This document shows, piece after piece, positions 9,010 to 17,939 of a stretch of DNA of 64,000 nucleotides; the stretch's first letter is position 1; every line of letters begins with the position of its first letter. The position numbers and the translations under genes were made by a program. The notes below the pieces were generated by a model, which did not search any database, was not told the origin of the DNA, and was given only the letters and a program-made list of their open reading frames with translations. The DNA is from an uncultured Pseudomonadales bacterium. GTDB lineage: Bacteria > Patescibacteriota > Microgenomatia > UBA1400 > UBA12028. The stretch is taken from contig CAZWPK010000002.1 of NCBI GenBank assembly GCA_964635905.1, positions 13,621 to 77,620 on the forward strand. The letters run 5' to 3'.

Positions 9010-9288
9010 ATGTCAGAAAAACTGGGGAACTATTTTACGGTTCCGAAAACCATTCAAGCCATGGGAGGAATAACGTTAGAAAAAGGAATGCATTTGTGGA
9101 TTCCTGGAAAGATCACCGACGCGACACATCCACAATAATTCTATGCATTGCCACATGCCTGGCATGATGAAGAACCGGGTGTAGATATGGTGAAAATTAC
9201 TCCCGATGATGCTGGTTGGCTTGAGCTACTCCGTTTAATTGAACAACGGCACTTAATCCCAACCTCACAGTTTGGCCAACGTCTGTAA
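9010..9288 (+). pseudogene. Small orphan gene interrupted by one in-frame TAA (9136-9138)
   Basis: GGAG SD then ATG at 9010. The frame continues 49 sense codons past the TAA to a stop at 9288, abutting the convergent gene end at 9292. Confidence 0.5.
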
Positions 9289-9291
9289 TGG

Positions 9292-10086
9292 CTATTTCTT
9301 TACAACAACGAACACTTCTGCCATCGGACCCGTAGCCGTGGACACACGGTTGGTCGTTTTGGTCTGCCACTCTTTCCATGCAGTTCCATCCCAGGCCCTG
9401 ATTGTGCCAGAGTCTTGATCTAAAGGAAGTCGCACGGTGACAGTGACGTTTCCTTTGATTTGGTCTGCGGGAGCGATACTATAGGGTCCGGCAACGACAG
9501 TTTTTTCCATTGTACCTGGATAGCCAGGTGCAGCATGCACGATCATGTAGTTTGCCGAATTTTTAGCTTTGGAGACATCAAGGGTGAATTTACCGTCACG
9601 GGAACTAAAGACCTTTTCTTTTATGGCTTTCTCTGTATACGACCACTCACTCTTTAAGTTGTAGTCAGGATTTCCAAATCGTAACGAGAGGTTTCCTCCA
9701 GAGACGTTGGTGTTATAGGTACACTTCCCTCCACTAGAACAACTTCCCAGAAGAATTTCTTTCTTTAGCGGGAGTGATGACAAATTATCGACGGTTCCAA
9801 AAGCACCTTGAATCAGCTCACCCGCACTATATTCAATCTCGTATTCCAAATCCGCTGACTGCTTTTTGATTTCCACGAGTGTCAGATCAATCGCTTTTCC
9901 ATCCTGACGTGGAGACAGTCGCACAAATGGTCGATTCTCCAACGGTTCTTTGTTGACATCCTTTTCTACTTTCCGTGGTTTGGGGGTGGGTGCCACCGCT
10001 TGGGGTTGGGGTGTTTGCTTGCGACAACCAGCAAAGGCAACCCCGGTAATACAGACTAAACTCAAGATGAGTAAGGCTTTTTTCAT
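9292..10086 (-). CDS. Putative lipoprotein, unknown function
   Basis: MKK plus hydrophobic stretch and lipobox FAGC, Pro-rich linker and a CSSGGKC pair; start revised to 10086. Confidence 0.8.
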   Translation of the reverse strand: MKKALLILSLVCITGVAFAGCRKQTPQPQAVAPTPKPRKVEKDVNKEPLENRPFVRLSPRQDGKAIDLTLVEIKKQSADLEYEIEYSAGELIQGAFGTVDNLSSLPLKKEILLGSCSSGGKCTYNTNVSGGNLSLRFGNPDYNLKSEWSYTEKAIKEKVFSSRDGKFTLDVSKAKNSANYMIVHAAPGYPGTMEKTVVAGPYSIAPADQIKGNVTVTVRLPLDQDSGTIRAWDGTAWKEWQTKTTNRVSTATGPMAEVFVVVKK

Positions 10087-10105
10087 ACGGTGATCCTCAA
10101 AAAAA

Positions 10106-11545
10106 CTATCGTGAGGACAGTATAGCAACCAGCTCTGTAATGGCAACCCGTTGCTGCGATGCGCTGTCCCGATCACGCACAGTGACAGTCTGATCTTCTA
10201 AGGTTTGATAGTCGATCGTAATACAGGCTGGAGTTCCGATCTCATCTTGCGAGAGATAGCGTTTTCCAATATTTCCACGATCGTCCCAGGCAGTACGCAT
10301 CGAATCCGATAAGAGCGTGTACACCTCTTTCGCTTTGGCAACAATGTCTTCTTTGTTCGAGACTAATGGAAAGACTGCAGCTTTGTAGGGAGCCAGATTT
10401 TTAGCTAGACGTAATACCGTGCGCTTCTTTTCCGCATCGACCCAATACGCATCGGAGAGCACCATGAGAAACAAGCGGTTAATTCCAACAGCCGGTTCAA
10501 TGGCATGTGGCACAACACGCTCATTGGTTTGCGGATCGAGGACCGATAGATCCTTGCCACTATGTTTGATATGTTGTGCGAGGTCGTAATCGGTACGATA
10601 GGCAAGTCCCCACAGTTCTTTGAATCCGAAGGCAAATCTGTATTCCAGATCTTCTGTGCGTTTGGAATAAAAGGACCGTTCCTCATCACTATGTTCACGC
10701 CAGCGTAAGTTTTCGGCGTTGACTCCCAGTCGATTCGTTACAAAACTCCACATCGCCGTTTTCCAATCCTCAAAAAGTGTTTCCCAGTTTGATTTCGCTG
10801 GATCAAAGAAATATTCAATTTCTCCTTGTTCAAATTCAATGGTACGAAACACGGAGTTCCCTAAGGTAATTTCGTTACGGAATGATTTCCCGACTTGGGC
10901 AATTCCGAACGGGAGTTTGACTCTGGTACTATCCAGGACATTTTTAAAGTTGATAAACATCCCTTGCGCTGTTTCTCCGCGAAGATACGCTAAACTTTGA
11001 TCTCCTTCGACAATTCCTAGTTTGACCGGAAAGAGTAAATTAAATTTTCGAACTGGTGTCCAATCAAATTTAGAACAGTTGGGACAGGGAACGGAAAACT
11101 GTTGGATAATGGCATCAAACTCCACTGGGAGGAATCCTTCGACTTTTTTGCTAGAAAGATCACGTTTCGGATTGCTTCCCACCTGAATGATTTTCTTTTC
11201 CAGGAGAACCTTCTCGTCAACGTTTTCTAGGAAATCTTCCACGAGATGATCTGCACGCATCCGGCGCTTGCAGCTCTTACAGTCAATCAGTGCATCGGCG
11301 AATCCAGAGGTATGTCCGGAAGCATCCCAGACTCCATGATGCGAAATCAAGCTTGCATCAATTCCCACCATATCCAATCGTTTGTGTACAAACTCCGTCC
11401 ACCACAAATTTTTGATATTGCGCAACAACTCTGCTCCTGCTGGACCGTAGTCGTAGGTGTTTGCTAGTCCACCATAGATCTCGGACCCTGGATATACGAA
11501 TCCTCGACGCTTCATTAAAGCGACAATGTCATCAAATGTTGCCAT
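10106..11545 (-). CDS. glyQS: Glycine--tRNA ligase, homodimeric (alpha2) type
   Basis: KRRGF..GSEIYGG, YDYGP, LRGETAQG, GKSFRNEI, ELWGLA.RTDYDL, IEPAVG and DEIGTP anticodon domain; start revised to 11545. Confidence 0.96.
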   Translation of the reverse strand: MATFDDIVALMKRRGFVYPGSEIYGGLANTYDYGPAGAELLRNIKNLWWTEFVHKRLDMVGIDASLISHHGVWDASGHTSGFADALIDCKSCKRRMRADHLVEDFLENVDEKVLLEKKIIQVGSNPKRDLSSKKVEGFLPVEFDAIIQQFSVPCPNCSKFDWTPVRKFNLLFPVKLGIVEGDQSLAYLRGETAQGMFINFKNVLDSTRVKLPFGIAQVGKSFRNEITLGNSVFRTIEFEQGEIEYFFDPAKSNWETLFEDWKTAMWSFVTNRLGVNAENLRWREHSDEERSFYSKRTEDLEYRFAFGFKELWGLAYRTDYDLAQHIKHSGKDLSVLDPQTNERVVPHAIEPAVGINRLFLMVLSDAYWVDAEKKRTVLRLAKNLAPYKAAVFPLVSNKEDIVAKAKEVYTLLSDSMRTAWDDRGNIGKRYLSQDEIGTPACITIDYQTLEDQTVTVRDRDSASQQRVAITELVAILSSR

Positions 11546-11575
11546 ATTCTTCCCCTTACTACGATACATGGTTAC

Positions 11576-11619
11576 AAAAAAACCGCCTCTACACAACATC
11601 GAGTGTTGTATAGGGACGG
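11576..11619 (-). terminator. Intrinsic terminator (attenuator) of the glyQS leader
   Basis: CCGUCCCUAUACAACA-CUCGA-UGUUGUGUAGAGGCGG followed by UUUUUUU; overlaps the 3' strand of the antiterminator. Confidence 0.88.
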
Positions 11620-11732
11620 CCTTAAGATTTAAAGTCGCGGTTCCACCCTACTTGATCAAAAGAGCCATGTTGGTCTCTTCTTTGATCCTCTTTTTGATTC
11701 AAAGCTCCCGCTTGCCAAAGGCGATCAACGCT
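11576..11732 (-). ncRNA. Glycine T-box riboswitch (ultrashort Stem I, no Stem II, transcriptional type)
   Basis: Stem I AGCGUUGAUCGC-CUUUGGCAA-GCGGGAGCU (11703-11732, GGC specifier); Stem III at 11654-11687; T-box AAGUAGGGUGGAACCGCG...CGUCCCUA; terminator plus U7. Confidence 0.9.
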
Positions 11733-11740
11733 GTAAAGGA

Positions 11741-11749
11741 ATTGTAACA
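11741..11749 (-). promoter_or_regulatory. Extended -10 promoter for the T-box/glyQS transcript
   Basis: TGTTACAAT, 8 nt upstream of Stem I. Confidence 0.6.
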
Positions 11750-11885
11750 CATTCAGCATAGATTGCAGAATCTACGACAGAATTCGTACTAAATCAGGCA
11801 AAGACTTTTAACTCTGTTTGCTAGTTTAGTATAAAGCAAGCTAAAATGGGCAAGCTGAATACTTTTTTCCTTAACGAATACACGT

Positions 11886-13544
11886 ATGTCAAAAATGGAC
11901 TCAATTCAACGACTATTGACGAGAGTTGCAGTTTCGGCTGGACTCATTGTGGGTGGCAACGAGGCTGTTTCAGCAAGTGATCGTAGTGTTGACGGTCCTC
12001 CAGTCACACGCCACAGCGAAGCGATTCGTGTCTTATCGCAAGTATCCGCAGGTGGAAATAGAGATACTGAGCACGTCAGAACAGTCAACCTTCCAGATAT
12101 CCATTCAGGTGGGCTAGAAACTGCAACCACGAGAGCATGGGAATCATACCGAGAATTGCCTGCAAGCGAAAGGAATTCTAGTGAGTTTGTCGGTGACCTT
12201 TTTGCAGAATGGGGCGTTTTAACTGCTGAAGTCACGGGGACATTGGATGCGTATCATTTTCGACCGCTTGATCCATTTCCTGAATCAGACTATCAAAAAC
12301 AATATCGTTATTTGAGTGAGTCCACAATCTTTGGTGCATTTTCGCAGCTTGTAACACCTGAACTTCTCGATCAGCACTTTTACATGCCAGGCGATGTACT
12401 CATCTTTCCCAATCAGTACGAGGTCTATGTCTTTTCTCACGATGAAAATGGCACAGCAATGTTTATAAATCCGCGTCACACGGTTGATCAGGATGCATTT
12501 GTTTCAATCCAAGAAATTAAAGAGTTCCCTGTTCCGGTGGATCGACAAATACTTCGAGTAAATATTCCGCAGCTGCGCGATTTTCAGCAGCGAGCACGAA
12601 CCATCTATGAGACTGACAATTCCCCGGAAAGAGCTCCGATCGCTCAACTCCCCCAAACGGTTTCGCACTATGGCAATTATGCTTCCAATGGATTTGGTTT
12701 CCCCAATGGACCTGAAGATACTGCAGTTGTTACCGTCGAAGGTACGGCGGACAGAGTCTTTGAGCGTCATCAAGCCGTAGAGGCAATTCTGGGACAAGAA
12801 GGCGAAATGACCATGCATATCGATTTAACCTTCGTAAATAGTGACGGATTAATTGTAAATTATGATCAAAGTGGAAATGGAGTAGGAGACACAGAAGATT
12901 TTATTCATGCGTTATTGGACAGAGCCCAGCAAGAAGGCCGACAGGTGGAATTCTCGATAAGCGTTCGTGTGCCTGAAGACTGGCATCTGGATACTATTCA
13001 GCAATTTATCACTGATTTTTATGGTCCTACACATACCTATCTTAGTGATGCAGTGCGGGCACGAATGGGACGAATCGGACTGAGCATCGATCCTGAGCTG
13101 CCTGGAACCGAAGGGTTAGGAGGTACACCATTAACCTATGCCGATATTAACAATTTATATGTAACAGCTCGTCTATCTGGCATGACAGGAAGATTCCGGG
13201 TATATGATGTTGGCGTCACTCCAGCGGATGGATATTTAAATACTCGAAATATCCAAAGTAACTCTCCTGTCGATACGACATTACATCCTGAAATTGGTTT
13301 TATCTCGATGGGAATTGGAAGTGCCGACGATAAAAAAAGGGTCATTGAAAGTAGAGCCTTGCCAGAAGCACTAGGAATAAATCGTTTCTATTCTCAAATG
13401 ATGTTTTATGAACCTATTAGCCCTTATTTAGCACGATCGGGGGAAGCGGATCGTTTTTCTGATCCAGAATCATTCATTTCTGTCCTTAGGCCAATCATGG
13501 TCAACGGGATCCCTGTTTCCCTTGAATTTGTAGCTCTACAATAA
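11886..13544 (+). CDS. Secreted hypothetical protein, possible C-terminal glycoside-hydrolase-like barrel
   Basis: 552-aa ORF with a signal-like N-terminus; acidic; contains GLSIDPE. Confidence 0.7.
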   Translation: MSKMDSIQRLLTRVAVSAGLIVGGNEAVSASDRSVDGPPVTRHSEAIRVLSQVSAGGNRDTEHVRTVNLPDIHSGGLETATTRAWESYRELPASERNSSEFVGDLFAEWGVLTAEVTGTLDAYHFRPLDPFPESDYQKQYRYLSESTIFGAFSQLVTPELLDQHFYMPGDVLIFPNQYEVYVFSHDENGTAMFINPRHTVDQDAFVSIQEIKEFPVPVDRQILRVNIPQLRDFQQRARTIYETDNSPERAPIAQLPQTVSHYGNYASNGFGFPNGPEDTAVVTVEGTADRVFERHQAVEAILGQEGEMTMHIDLTFVNSDGLIVNYDQSGNGVGDTEDFIHALLDRAQQEGRQVEFSISVRVPEDWHLDTIQQFITDFYGPTHTYLSDAVRARMGRIGLSIDPELPGTEGLGGTPLTYADINNLYVTARLSGMTGRFRVYDVGVTPADGYLNTRNIQSNSPVDTTLHPEIGFISMGIGSADDKKRVIESRALPEALGINRFYSQMMFYEPISPYLARSGEADRFSDPESFISVLRPIMVNGIPVSLEFVALQ

Positions 13545-13555
13545 GCGGTGTTCTG

Positions 13556-14095
13556 TTACAGGTTTAAGAACGCATACGCTTTAAGTTTGCGTTGCGTAAT
13601 TTCCTCCACCAAGTCTTTGACAGGTTTTTGAATGTCCACTTCCGCTTGATGGGAAAATCCTAACGACTCGATGATTTGGGAAAGTCGGGTTCGAATAAAA
13701 CCTGCGTTCGCAGGAGTTTGAGAGTGTAAGTGGGTTAGCATTTCGATGGTTTTATCAAATACGAATGGCTGATCATCCTCATCGACAAGTAAGGAGTCAA
13801 CGATCTCTAGGATTTCAAACACCTTGCGAAAGGAGGTCAAATCTGTTCTGCTTCCAGAGAAATCATTGATGATAGAAGCCTGCGTTAGAATCGGCATGGA
13901 ATGCGTCTTGATCAGATGGATCTTTGAGAATGTCCCTGGCTCAAGTGCTGACAACTTAGATGATGTCATTTTTCGACACCCTTTGGCAATGGTCGTCAGT
14001 TTTCCGAACTCTTTGGTAAAAACGGTGACCACACGATCCATCTCACCAATATCCGATCGTTTGAGAATAATTCCACTGCTTGAAAAGCTATGCAT
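13556..14095 (-). CDS. recO: DNA repair protein RecO (short form)
   Basis: GIILKRSDIGEMDRVVTVFTKEFGKLTTIAKG OB-fold signature. Confidence 0.9.
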   Translation of the reverse strand: MHSFSSSGIILKRSDIGEMDRVVTVFTKEFGKLTTIAKGCRKMTSSKLSALEPGTFSKIHLIKTHSMPILTQASIINDFSGSRTDLTSFRKVFEILEIVDSLLVDEDDQPFVFDKTIEMLTHLHSQTPANAGFIRTRLSQIIESLGFSHQAEVDIQKPVKDLVEEITQRKLKAYAFLNL

Positions 14096-14127
14096 ACTGG
14101 TGCAGATGAACTTGCAATTGGTGTCGA

Positions 14128-16092
14128 TTACCAGTTAAACGTAACGGTCTTATCCTTGTCCAGGAGAACGTCATGTTCCTCACCGTTGACTTCCACAATG
14201 TGTTTAATATCTTTGGTCCCACCTTGCTTCTGAAAGGTGATGACATAGTTACTATTGTTGCTGTATGGCACGGTATACACGAGCTCAATTTTAGCTTGCG
14301 ACAGTGGCTGTAACTTAAACGTACCTTCAACCATGGCATGACCAAGTTCCTCGGATTGCTTTACACTACCCTCGTCAAATCCTCGGGAGGAAACTAGAGT
14401 TGCACCACTCGGCAAGTACACTCGACTCCAGTTCTGCAACACACCATTCAAACACAGCTGTCCTGCTTCTAGATTACAGTTACTCGCTTTAAAGGGGTTC
14501 TTATAACTAACCGTTACAGTGTGTTTCACCTTGCCATCTACCGGCACATCAATCACATGTAAAGCTTCGCTTTGTACAAAGAAATTCGATTTTGCTCCAG
14601 CAAGGTTGGTATCCACTAATAAGAAATAGTCACTTCCCTCTTGCGTCGGTTTAACACGACCGGCAGCATTGATGGTTTCCGCAGCTGCTTGAAGTTTGGG
14701 ATCTAAGAAATAGAGCTGCACGTGCTTCCCTTCAATATCTTTCCAAAATGTTTGAAACAAGGCTGGCCATAAATTCTTCGGGGCACTATAGGATTTACGC
14801 AGAATGGAAGCCATCATTGGTCCCAAAATGCCTTTGCGGTTCTCACGGATATACGGAGTTGGTCGATCAATGATTTCGGAAAGCGCATAGATGATTTGCG
14901 GACAGTCACACCGCTTATCGGTCTCAGCGGTAAAGGTTCCATAGCCGGGAACTTCGACTGGTCCTAAGACGCTTAGTAAGCTCTCTAAGAAATGGGTGTC
15001 TACCGCAATGATTCCATCAAATTCGGCTTTTTGACCTTTGATCGTTTGATAGTACTGATTAAAGGTGGTCATGGACTCTTTGTAGTCGGGTGACAAATTC
15101 ATGTCGCGCAAATTCCAGCGTGATTCGGTAGTTAAGAACCGTTTTAAAATTGCGGGAATAGGAGGCTTATTGGTGAAACGCTGATCCAGATCATAGATAT
15201 CACCGGAGGCTTCTGGCTCTACCTTCCCTTTGTCCACATTGATAACGGCATAGGCAGTCATAAAGCCACCAGTCGGACGTAATTCACCACTGTTTTGGAA
15301 GATGACTAAGTATTTTCGTCGTTTGGTCGATCCCGCTGCTTCGGGGAGTAACTCTACTGCCTGTCGGTTCTCCGATAAAAAGGTGTATGCATCTTTACTG
15401 ACTTGCTTGGCTGTCGCGATCCGCGGTCGTAACGCCTTGCCTTGGAACGTTTCTGGATATTTTTTCTCATCAATCTTTGAGAGATTGTCATTGACGGTTT
15501 TTAGATCCAGGGAAATGGAATCAATAGCAGGAGAGACTTTTGAGAGAGTTTCTAGAAGCGTTGCGATTCGCTGCTCTGCAGAACCTCCAGTGAATGAGCC
15601 CTGCCCTTTAAATCCTAGGACGTCAGCGTAGGGTTCAATTTCTTTGACAGCTTTTTGCGCCGCAGAAAGTCCGGCATAGGCAGCTGCGAATCCATGTTCA
15701 CTATCGCGGTAATACGCTCCCGCAATAGGAAGTGCCTTCGTCCATGCAAATCCTTTGACTTTAGCTTCAACTTTTTTTGTCTTCTCCGTTACTTGAGTGA
15801 GTTTTTCACCCGCTAACGGCAAATTTTGTGTCTTGATCGCATCATAGGCTTCGCGCCCGGTTAGACTCAAATCATCCACATCCGTTTTGATTGCGCGAAC
15901 TTGTTGGTACAAAGAAAATCCGACGATACCCGCAATCAGACCCAGCACGACAAAAACTCCCAAGATAATGAGCAAGGGTTTTCGCATTTTGTTAAAGTTC
16001 ACCCGCTTGGTAGGAGTTTTTTTTGCATGCGATGCAAAGGTTGCTGCAAAATTATCTGTGGGTGTGGCAGGAGCGGTCTTAGATGGTTCCAT
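14128..16092 (-). CDS. DUF4012 domain membrane-anchored protein
   Basis: TM and coiled coil, YLVIFQNSGELRPTGGF, RDMNLSPDY, DGIIAVD and N..GAKSN. Confidence 0.85.
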   Translation of the reverse strand: MEPSKTAPATPTDNFAATFASHAKKTPTKRVNFNKMRKPLLIILGVFVVLGLIAGIVGFSLYQQVRAIKTDVDDLSLTGREAYDAIKTQNLPLAGEKLTQVTEKTKKVEAKVKGFAWTKALPIAGAYYRDSEHGFAAAYAGLSAAQKAVKEIEPYADVLGFKGQGSFTGGSAEQRIATLLETLSKVSPAIDSISLDLKTVNDNLSKIDEKKYPETFQGKALRPRIATAKQVSKDAYTFLSENRQAVELLPEAAGSTKRRKYLVIFQNSGELRPTGGFMTAYAVINVDKGKVEPEASGDIYDLDQRFTNKPPIPAILKRFLTTESRWNLRDMNLSPDYKESMTTFNQYYQTIKGQKAEFDGIIAVDTHFLESLLSVLGPVEVPGYGTFTAETDKRCDCPQIIYALSEIIDRPTPYIRENRKGILGPMMASILRKSYSAPKNLWPALFQTFWKDIEGKHVQLYFLDPKLQAAAETINAAGRVKPTQEGSDYFLLVDTNLAGAKSNFFVQSEALHVIDVPVDGKVKHTVTVSYKNPFKASNCNLEAGQLCLNGVLQNWSRVYLPSGATLVSSRGFDEGSVKQSEELGHAMVEGTFKLQPLSQAKIELVYTVPYSNNSNYVITFQKQGGTKDIKHIVEVNGEEHDVLLDKDKTVTFNW

Positions 16093-16128
16093 AAATTGAG
16101 ATTAGAACAGTATAGCAAATGGACAACC

Positions 16129-16752
16129 TTACCATTTGGAAATCATTGCCCGAGGGGTTTTAGCAAGGATTACGATATCACGCCAGAGGCTTCCATGTCT
16201 AGCGTACTCGGCGTCCATCTTGGCACGAATGTTGAATGGGACTTCATTACGGCCCGATGTTTGCCAAGGACCGGTAATTCCTGGTTTCACCGACAATATG
16301 TCTTTGATCAGCGCTTTTGTTTCGGGATACTTTTCTTGTTGTTCTTCTAGCTCTTTGGCAACATAGGCCCGGGGTCCAACGATACTCATCTCACCTTTAA
16401 GGACATTGAGGACCTGTGGAAATTCATCAATGGTTAACGAACGCAAAATTTTACCAAGCTTGGTAATGCGGGGATCGTTTTTAAGTTTCCAATCACCATC
16501 TTTAAATTCTTTCAACAGTTGTGGGCTTTTACTGTGCAACAGTTCGTCCGCATCTTGAACCATCGAACGGAACTTATAGATATGAATGGGTTTCCCATAC
16601 TTCCCTACCCGCTTGTGGGTAAAAATAATCGGTCCGGAAGAGTCCAGTAAGATCAAGATTGGGATGATTATCCAGACTGGAAAAAAAATAACGATGAGCG
16701 CCAATGCCACAATCATATCAAGGGCACGTTTTTGTTCGGCGTACGAAATCAT
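16129..16752 (-). CDS. Priming polyprenyl-phosphate sugar phosphotransferase (Bac_transf)
   Basis: KRALD, YKFRSM, DPRIT, DEFPQ, SIVGPR and KPGITG. Confidence 0.92.
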   Translation of the reverse strand: MISYAEQKRALDMIVALALIVIFFPVWIIIPILILLDSSGPIIFTHKRVGKYGKPIHIYKFRSMVQDADELLHSKSPQLLKEFKDGDWKLKNDPRITKLGKILRSLTIDEFPQVLNVLKGEMSIVGPRAYVAKELEEQQEKYPETKALIKDILSVKPGITGPWQTSGRNEVPFNIRAKMDAEYARHGSLWRDIVILAKTPRAMISKW

Positions 16753-16800
16753 AAGTTACCTTTACTGTATCAGTGTATCCTACAAGACAACAACTGGAAA

Positions 16801-17901
16801 TTAGAGATAGGAAGGCATTTCCTCTTTAATCTTTTCTACGACTTTTTTAACATCCTGTGATTTATCTTTCGGCATCACCAGCAAAATCTCGCCGGTATCA
16901 ATGACCACCATGTCGGAGATGCCAACCAACGCAATGAGACGGTCATGGGTATGAACGAGATTGTTTTGAGAATCATGACAGACTAAGTCACCTTTTTTCG
17001 TTTCACACATCATGACGTTACCGACTTCATTTTTTTCACGTAAATCGTAGACTACTTTCCAATCCCCAATATCGTTCCATCCGAAATCACCTGGGATTAA
17101 GAGCAGATTGTCTGCTTTCTCACTGATCGCATAGTCAATGGAAATCTTTTCCACTTCTTGATATGCCTTGACCAAAACCCCTGGAAACTGATCGCTTCCT
17201 AAGGATTCTAAAATGGGTTGCATCATTTCAAGCATTTCTGGTTTAAATTTTTTAAACGCATCGAGCAATGCAGAAGACTTCCAGACATAGTTGTTTGCAT
17301 TCCAGAAATATTTTCCAGTCGCAATAAATGCTTTGGCAGTAGCTATATTGGGTTTTTCAGTGAAGTTTGAAACGCGGAAAATAGGTAACTTGTCGATCTG
17401 ACGAATCTCCTCATCAATCTTAATATACCCTAATCCTGAATGCGCAAAGGTTGGCAAGATTCCCACGGTAACTAGAGATTCCCCGCTTGAGGCCGCTTCA
17501 ATCGCGGCTTTCACAACGTGCTGAAACTCTTTAGCATTCGTCACCACGTGATCGGAAGCCAAGTTCACCACAATGGCGTCACGATCCTTATGCAGTGCGA
17601 CCATCGCTCCTAAGAGCATCGCCGGTGCAGTTTCTCGCTTTGATGGTTCACCAATGATGTTTTCGGAAGGAACATCGGGAAGCTGCTTTCGAACATCCTC
17701 AACATAGTATTTATTGGAAACGACAATAACATGATCGGGATCGACAAATTCTAATGCGCGTTGATAGGTGTCTTGCATTAATGTGTTCTCGGTATACAGG
17801 CGCAAGAACTGCTTTGGAGTTTTCTCTCTGCTTTTTGGCCACAGTCGTGTTCCACCACCACCGGCAAGGATGACAACATACACATGATTGACCGAACTCA
17901 T
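16801..17901 (-). CDS. manC: Mannose-1-phosphate guanylyltransferase
   Basis: LAGGGGTRLWPKSR..PKQF, EP..RETAPA, SDH, FTEKP, SIDYAI and WNDIG. Confidence 0.92.
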   Translation of the reverse strand: MSSVNHVYVVILAGGGGTRLWPKSREKTPKQFLRLYTENTLMQDTYQRALEFVDPDHVIVVSNKYYVEDVRKQLPDVPSENIIGEPSKRETAPAMLLGAMVALHKDRDAIVVNLASDHVVTNAKEFQHVVKAAIEAASSGESLVTVGILPTFAHSGLGYIKIDEEIRQIDKLPIFRVSNFTEKPNIATAKAFIATGKYFWNANNYVWKSSALLDAFKKFKPEMLEMMQPILESLGSDQFPGVLVKAYQEVEKISIDYAISEKADNLLLIPGDFGWNDIGDWKVVYDLREKNEVGNVMMCETKKGDLVCHDSQNNLVHTHDRLIALVGISDMVVIDTGEILLVMPKDKSQDVKKVVEKIKEEMPSYL

Positions 17902-17939
17902 AACGCTTCCTTTCCTTCGTGTGACCTAAGAGTAGAGAA

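Noticed and set aside
9136-9138. Stop-codon reassignment (alternative genetic code)
   Set aside because: TAA, TAG and TGA all terminate well-recognised genes here, and long genes show no internal stops.
11526-11747. 73-aa plus-strand ORF and the GlyRS N-terminal extension to 11599
   Set aside because: They overlap the T-box leader and terminator; the RNA structure explains the sequence.
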